Shown here in pieces: positions 58,150 to 64,000 of a DNA stretch of 64,000 nt. Where the stretch lies: the NCBI GenBank assembly GCA_905178155.1, contig CAJINV010000024.1, forward strand, positions 286,515 to 350,514, written 5' to 3'. Below the pieces are notes generated by a model. The model had not been told where the DNA came from. It saw only the letters and a list, made by a program, of their open reading frames with translations, and searched no databases. Positions within the stretch are counted from its first letter, which is position 1; every line of letters starts with the position of its first letter. The stretch comes from Amoebophrya sp. A120 (lineage: Eukaryota; Protista; Dinoflagellata). The position numbers and the translations under genes were made by a program.

Positions 58150-60400
58150 TTCTGAATTTTTCGGAGCAGTAGCAACACGAAAGGCGTATTTTGCGGAAAA
58201 AAAACAACCTGTTGCAATTGCAGGTGTGACGAGAAAACGCATAGAGCGGTATTCCATCGTGATCTTCGTCCACGCCGCTAATGTCGACCGTGACTGCACA
58301 GCATTCTCGTACGCGGCATCGGGGCCACCTCGCGAACATAGCCAGGTTTTCGAGATACAGACGAACACAGAGGCTGCTGGTAATTTGCCGACGCGTGTGT
58401 TGATGACGTAAGGAGTTCGGCGACGAATCTCAACCGGCACAAGAGAAGAATGTTGGTGGACCACCCCCGCCTGCGGAGAGTTGAAGTTGTATCTTCTTGA
58501 TGTTTCTTCGGGCGGCAAAAGGCTACGGGGTTTCAAGCGCAGCCACTGTGCCAAACTCGACCACCTTGATCGAGGACTTGCTCTTCCAGCGGCCAGTACA
58601 GAAGCCTAGAAAGCAGGACTTCCGCATTTTGCACGATAGTACTGGCGCATCAGCAATCTCGACGTTGCAGGCTGTCATGAAAGGAGTAAATACGGTGACG
58701 CAAAAGTTGACGGCTCTCCACCCTTCTGAGTTTCGTCGCCGCTGGAGTACGAAAACAGAAACGAATGGCTCTTCAAGGACAGGAGCATTGATTGCGGTCG
58801 GGAACGCACGCATGTCAGAAGCGTCGCGATGCTCACAACATCTTCGCAGGACGTGTCTTCACCTCCGACTGTCACTAATCTCACGTTTTCATCACCGCGA
58901 ATAGGAAGCTTGTACTCCCCCGGCGTTGCCGTTTGTCAGTTAGAACGACACCGGTTGACCAATTCGGATCCAGAGGCGTAGCGGCTGTAGTAGCATACCG
59001 GCACTTGAGTAATGCAGCGCTCGTGGGGTCTGACAGACGGGACGCGGTGCCGCAAATCCGATAGGCACACAGACATACCGCCAGCAGCAGCTTCTGCGAC
59101 GGTGCCACAGTTCAGTAGGCAGCTTCCGCGCGCCCGCACAAACGAGGCGAAAGTAGTTCTGCAGCAGATCAATCGGCGCACTTGCCCTGGTCCGTGTTTC
59201 CGGTCCTCTCCCGAGCTGGCACCCTAGCGCACGAGGTCTACGTCCGAAAACGATGTGCCAGTGAAGAACAGGACGTCGTGCAAAATGACCGGCCCCTACC
59301 AACGGCTTCTTGTTTTCGAAAACCTTTTACAACAACGAACAAAAGCATGCTGCCCTGTCGATTTTCAGAAGACCCAGATCCTACGAGCAGCAGCCGGGAG
59401 TAGCGGCGTCAGCACAAATATCGGCGGCTGCGACAATAGGAGCTTGTAGGGCTGCCTTGACCGGGGGCGACAAAAATAAGAAAAGCTGTTTTTATGCAGA
59501 AAAAGAAAAGTGCAAAGAGGCGGTTTCTACGCGGGTCCTGTCCAGGGAGACCCAATCGGCCTCGTGCATCGTTTTGTTGTAGAGCCGCGGCGCTAGCACC
59601 ACGTCTGGCTCCCCATCTGCCGCGAAGCGGATGTATTCAGAAGAACGAGCGCTGTGCACTCTCAGAACGAAGAAGAAAGAACCATCATCCCGCCTGTTGC
59701 AGGATCGATGAATGATAGGAGGAGGAAATCGCAATCCGCCTGGAGTAGATTGCTTTGGAAGCAACACGAACCATCATCCCGCCTGTTGCAGGATCGATGA
59801 ATGATAGGAGGAGGAAACCGCGATCCGCCTGGAGCAGATTGCTTTGGAAGCAGCAAGAACCATCATCCCGCCTGTTGCAGGATAGATACTTGGAGGAGGA
59901 GACCGCAATCCGCCTGAAGCAGATTGCTTTGGAAGCAGCAAGAACCATCATCCCGCCTGTTGCAGGATAGATACTTGGAGGAGGAAACCGCAATCCGCCT
60001 GAAGCAGATTGCTTTGGAAGCAGCAAGAACCATCATCCCGCCTGTTGCAGGATAGATAAGTACTTGGAGGAGGGGACCGCAATCTGCCTGAAGCAGATTG
60101 CTCGGAAGCAGTGAAAGTAGCCGCCAAGCGATCCCGCCTACCGCAGGGTCGATGATACGAGGAGGCAACCGCAATCCGCCTGGAGTAGATTGCTCGGGAG
60201 CAGTAAGAATAGCCGCGAAAACGTTGTACCCCGGCGCGCGGCCAATTGATGACAAGCAGCTTCAAAAGCTAGCAGAGGAAAGAAAAGTCGGCTACTGATG
60301 ATTATGGTTGACTGCAGCGCAGCATCGTGGTCAAAACTACCTCCAGTAAATACCAAGAGCAATGCAGCAGTAGCCCAGCACGGTGTTCGTCTCCCGAGCC
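58150..60400 (+). pseudogene. Decayed coding sequence, paralogous to 62390-64000
   Basis: RYSIVIFVHAANVDRDCTAFSYAASG...QVFEIQTN vs KYDILILGAAHFDGGCTALWYAAAG...QVFEIERT; many stops and frameshifts. Confidence 0.5.
59680..60200. repeat. Minisatellite, 85-89 bp unit, ~6 copies
   Basis: CCATCATCCCGCCTGTTGCAGGAT at 59682, 59771, 59860, 59945, 60030. Confidence 0.92.
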
Positions 60401-62389
60401 CAGTATCGCAGCTGAGGTGTAGGTCTTTGCTGCTGCCAGCAAAATTGAAGAAGAGTGGAGGTTGCTATGTGCTTTTTTTCAAGAACGAGTCGAATCCTGG
60501 AAGACCCTATCTTCGACCTCGTGCAGCGTTTCGGAATCAAATCGACGAGTACTTGTGGCTGCATTTGCACTCCAAATTAATGACGCAACAACCGCACGTA
60601 CAGGCAGCAACAAGCCACAACAGCAAATCGCCATCCAAAGGAGCGTCGCACCCCGACGCTGAGCCTGCAGGGGCAATTAACGAGCAAAAACTGAAAGAGG
60701 AAGCAAAAAAAGAAAAGAAAACAAGCAGGGTAAAAAAAATGTAAATAAAAAGCAAAAGAAACAGAAGTGGCAGCTGATTGGATCATGCCAAGAAGAGACA
60801 TCGTAACTTCGGCAACATTTATGTGTGTTCTTTTCGTGCGAAGCTTCAATAAATTTGCATGAAGTAGGTGGGGGTGAAGAAATACTCGGTGCGTGGTCTA
60901 CCGCAAATCACGGCATTCATGTTGGGAAAGCAAGAAGTGCATGTACGTCAAAGCACGTCACAGCAGCCGCACTCGCACATAAGAGCTCTCTGCATAACTA
61001 AATCGTGTTGATGCAGCAACGTCTCGTCTACAAATTATCGTTCTTTTGGTGCAGACACGTATCGTCCAATTCAAATCGTTCATCCGAAAGTTGTCATACA
61101 ACGGCTTTGTCGTTGTAAAAATTCGTTATTACTTCTTCTCGTTTGGGGCCGAGCTCGAGCATAGAAAGTCAGAGTTTATCGCCCGAGATTCTTCTACGAG
61201 AAATTTCCGTCACCATCTTTCGTCTCCGTAAAGGCTTCTAAACTACGTAAAAATCAAACAGGTGCGCTCTTTTTTTTTCAGGCCGGACTTTCTCTGACCC
61301 AATTTGGTTCCCCGACGATCGTTCGTTTTGTGTTTTCACCAAATCACTACTTAATTCGAAACGAGTTTTTGGTCTGTTGCCGAAGCAAAAACATAATGAA
61401 CACTGTATGGTGAGCGCCGCCCCCGCCGCGGATCTGCGAGGCCTCTAGAAGGAGCAATACCAGGGGCTAGTACTTACTTGTACCGGCGGTACGCCGTCCT
61501 AGGGCAAGCAACGATAATGAGTGGAGCGTCCACACCAGGGAGCCACAAAGAGTCTTCAGGCGCCGACATCAATCGGTACAAGCTAGTCGAATGGTGTGAG
61601 AAAAGTGGCGATGAGGCGGACGCAGGCCGAAATGCGACATGAGCGGAGAAGATCCGCAATTTGATTTTCATTTAGCTGCGACGGTCGAACATGGACATGC
61701 CGGAAACCAACATCTTATGTTCCTTCTTCCGCCGGTATTGCCAAGGACAAGAACCGTGACCCGCATGACAGCAAGGGACACCAAACAGTCGCGAAGGTTT
61801 GGCATGTTGAACAGCGTCGTACGCACAAGCCGCGTGTCTTTGCCGGTCCAAACTTGCGTTGCAGAAAAACTGTACCACAGCACCAGCAGCCCGGAGGTGT
61901 GATTCTTTCAGCAAGGAAAAAATTCAAAGGCGCGGTGAGAACCCAGCAGGAGACCAGGAATCCCGGCTGTAGCAGGATCTTGAGTTTTGCTGACGCACAA
62001 GCAACACACAAGCAGCAGCGGAAAGAATGGTGACGCAGCTTTTCAAGGTGTCTGCACACCACCTCCACAACGGCAGCAGCGGCGGCCGTCAAAGAATCCG
62101 GTAGCAGCAGGATTTTGATGGCCCAGCGCCGGAAAGAATGGTGATGCAGCTTTTCATGGTGTCTGCAGCTGCACACCACCTCCACTACGACGGCAACGGC
62201 GGCTGTCAAAGAGTCCGGCAGCAATGGGATTTTGATGGCCCAGCAGACCGGCAACATAAATGGTGGCAGTTGCGTGTGAACTGGACCTCCCGCGCGACTA
62301 CTAGTCTGAGTTCTTGCCTCGGTCGCAAGGAAGAGCAGAAAGAGATAGGAGCTTCATATGTTCCACCCGGCAACGGTCGCATTTTTGCG

Positions 62390-63600
62390 TAAATTTTTTG
62401 GAGCAGTAGCAACACGACAGGGAGCATATTTTGTGGAAAAAAGCAGCCTGCTACTATTCCGGGTGCAACGAAATGCGTATAGACAAGTACGATATCCTGA
62501 TCCTCGGCGCCGCTCATTTCGACGGTGGTTGTACAGCACTCTGGTACGCGGCGGCGGGGCATCGCGACCTTGACCAGGTTTTCGAGATAGAACGAACAAG
62601 TCCCCGTCACATGCGCTGGGCGAGACCACAGAGTCTGCTGGTGTTGCGCCGATGCGTCGTGTGTTGACGTAAAAAATTTGGCGACACTTCTCAACCGGCA
62701 CGAGGGAATAATGTCCAAGGAGCATCTTTTCCGTCTGTGAAGAGGTCGAGTTACATCATCTTTATGTTTCTCCGTGAGCCAATCGGCTACGGAGTTTCAA
62801 GCGCAGCCACTGTGCCAAACGCGACACCCTGATGGAGGACTGGCTCGTCGAGCGGTGGAATAGCGGCAATCGCAGAAGCCTAGAAAGCAGGACTTCCGCT
62901 TTTTGCACGATACTGGCGCATCAGTAATCCCGACATTGCTGGCTGCGATGAGACTGAGAGGAGGAAGTACGGTGACGCAAAAATTGACGGCCTCCACCCT
63001 TCTAAGTCTCGTTGCCGCTAGAGTCGTCTTTCGGGCAAAGTAACTTGTCGAGGAGTAAGTACGAAAACAGAAGCGAATGGCTCTTCAAGTACAGGAGCAT
63101 TGATTGCGGTCGGGAGCTTCGCAGGACGTGTCTTCACCTCCAACTGTCACCAGTCCCAGGTTTCCATCAACACCGCGACTAAGGAACTTGTACTTTCTCC
63201 TCGGCGTTGCCGTGTGTCAGTTAGAGTGACACCATACAACCTGTTGACCAATTCGGATCCAGGGGCGTAGCGGCTGTGGCAGCATGATGGTACGTCAGTA
63301 ATGCAGCGCTCGTGGGGTCTGCGTCTGACAGAAGGGACGCGGTGCCGCAAATCTCATAGACATATTCCGCCAGTAGCTTGAGCTTCTACGCCGGTGCCAT
63401 AATAGTTCAGCAGGCAGCTTCTGCGTGGCAGGACAAACGAGGTAAAAGTAGTTCTGCAAGAACAGGTCCAGCAACCGAGTAGTGCCTACTGCAGCACAGC
63501 ATCGTCAAAACCTCCAGAAAATACCATGAGCAGTGCCGGAGTAGCCCCGCACGGTGTTCGTGTTCCGAGCTCGGAGCCGCTGGGTTTGCAGCTCGAAGAA
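62390..63600 (+). pseudogene. Second decayed copy of 58150-60400
   Basis: Identical anchors GGAGCAGTAGCAACACGA, GTTTCAAGCGCAGCCACTGTGCCAAAC, AGAAGCCTAGAAAGCAGGACTTCCGC. Confidence 0.5.
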
Positions 63601-63646
63601 TAGCAATAGCCGGTTGAGTTCACAAGCGCGAAGAATAGCAGTGCGT

Positions 63647-64000
63647 CAACCCGCCTCCAGCAGGGTTGACCAACTGGGAGGAAGTAGCGCTGGCATCCGC
63701 CTTCAGCAGATCCAGCAACAATAGAAAAAGAAACTCGGCTCAATCCCGCCTCCAGCAGGGTTGACCAACTGGGAGGAAGTAGCGCTGGCATCCGCCTTCA
63801 GCAGATCCAGCAACAATAGAAGAAGAAACTTGGCTCAATCCCGCCTCCGGCAGGGTTGACCAACTGGGAGGAAGTAGCGCTGGCATCCGCCTTCAGCAGA
63901 TCCAGCAACAATAGAAGAAGAAACTTGGCTCAATCCCGCCTCCAGCAGGGTTGACCAACTGGGAGGAAGTAGCGCTGGCATCCGCCTTCAGCAGATCCAG
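63647..64000. repeat. Minisatellite, 95 bp unit, >=3.7 copies, runs off window
   Basis: CCGCCTCC.GCAGGGTTGACCAACTGGGAGGAAGTAGCGCTGGCATCC at 63651, 63746, 63841, 63936. Confidence 0.95.

Noticed and set aside
63830-63935. TTGGCTCAA in the 95-bp repeat as spliced-leader relic
   Set aside because: Only 9 nt match and lacks the terminal G

Overview
Eukaryotic, almost certainly dinoflagellate-lineage DNA: tandem DinoSL relics, a unidirectional gene block and inverted-repeat non-canonical introns resemble the Syndiniales parasite Amoebophrya. Eight + strand genes can be reconstructed: a GT61-like glycosyltransferase, two RING paralogs, a CLK/LAMMER-like kinase, a split-RRM-like protein, two hypotheticals and an atypical kinase. 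Seven of the eight are interrupted by a total of 37 transposon-like introns (introners), mostly 149-350 nt, in at least 4 TIR families. Each runs TAT...ATA (a few variants), is flanked by a 5-nt direct repeat (22 perfect, 15 eroded), and carries a shared internal motif TTGT(C/A/G)ATGC. In my manual translation, removing element + 5 nt restores the reading frame at all 37 sites, many with no possible GT-AG boundary. The same elements occur in both orientations. One element has grown to 1.9 kb by capturing an antisense gene fragment. Intergenic DNA holds a GC/A-tract satellite, minisatellites and decayed duplications. Coordinates and counts were derived by hand.
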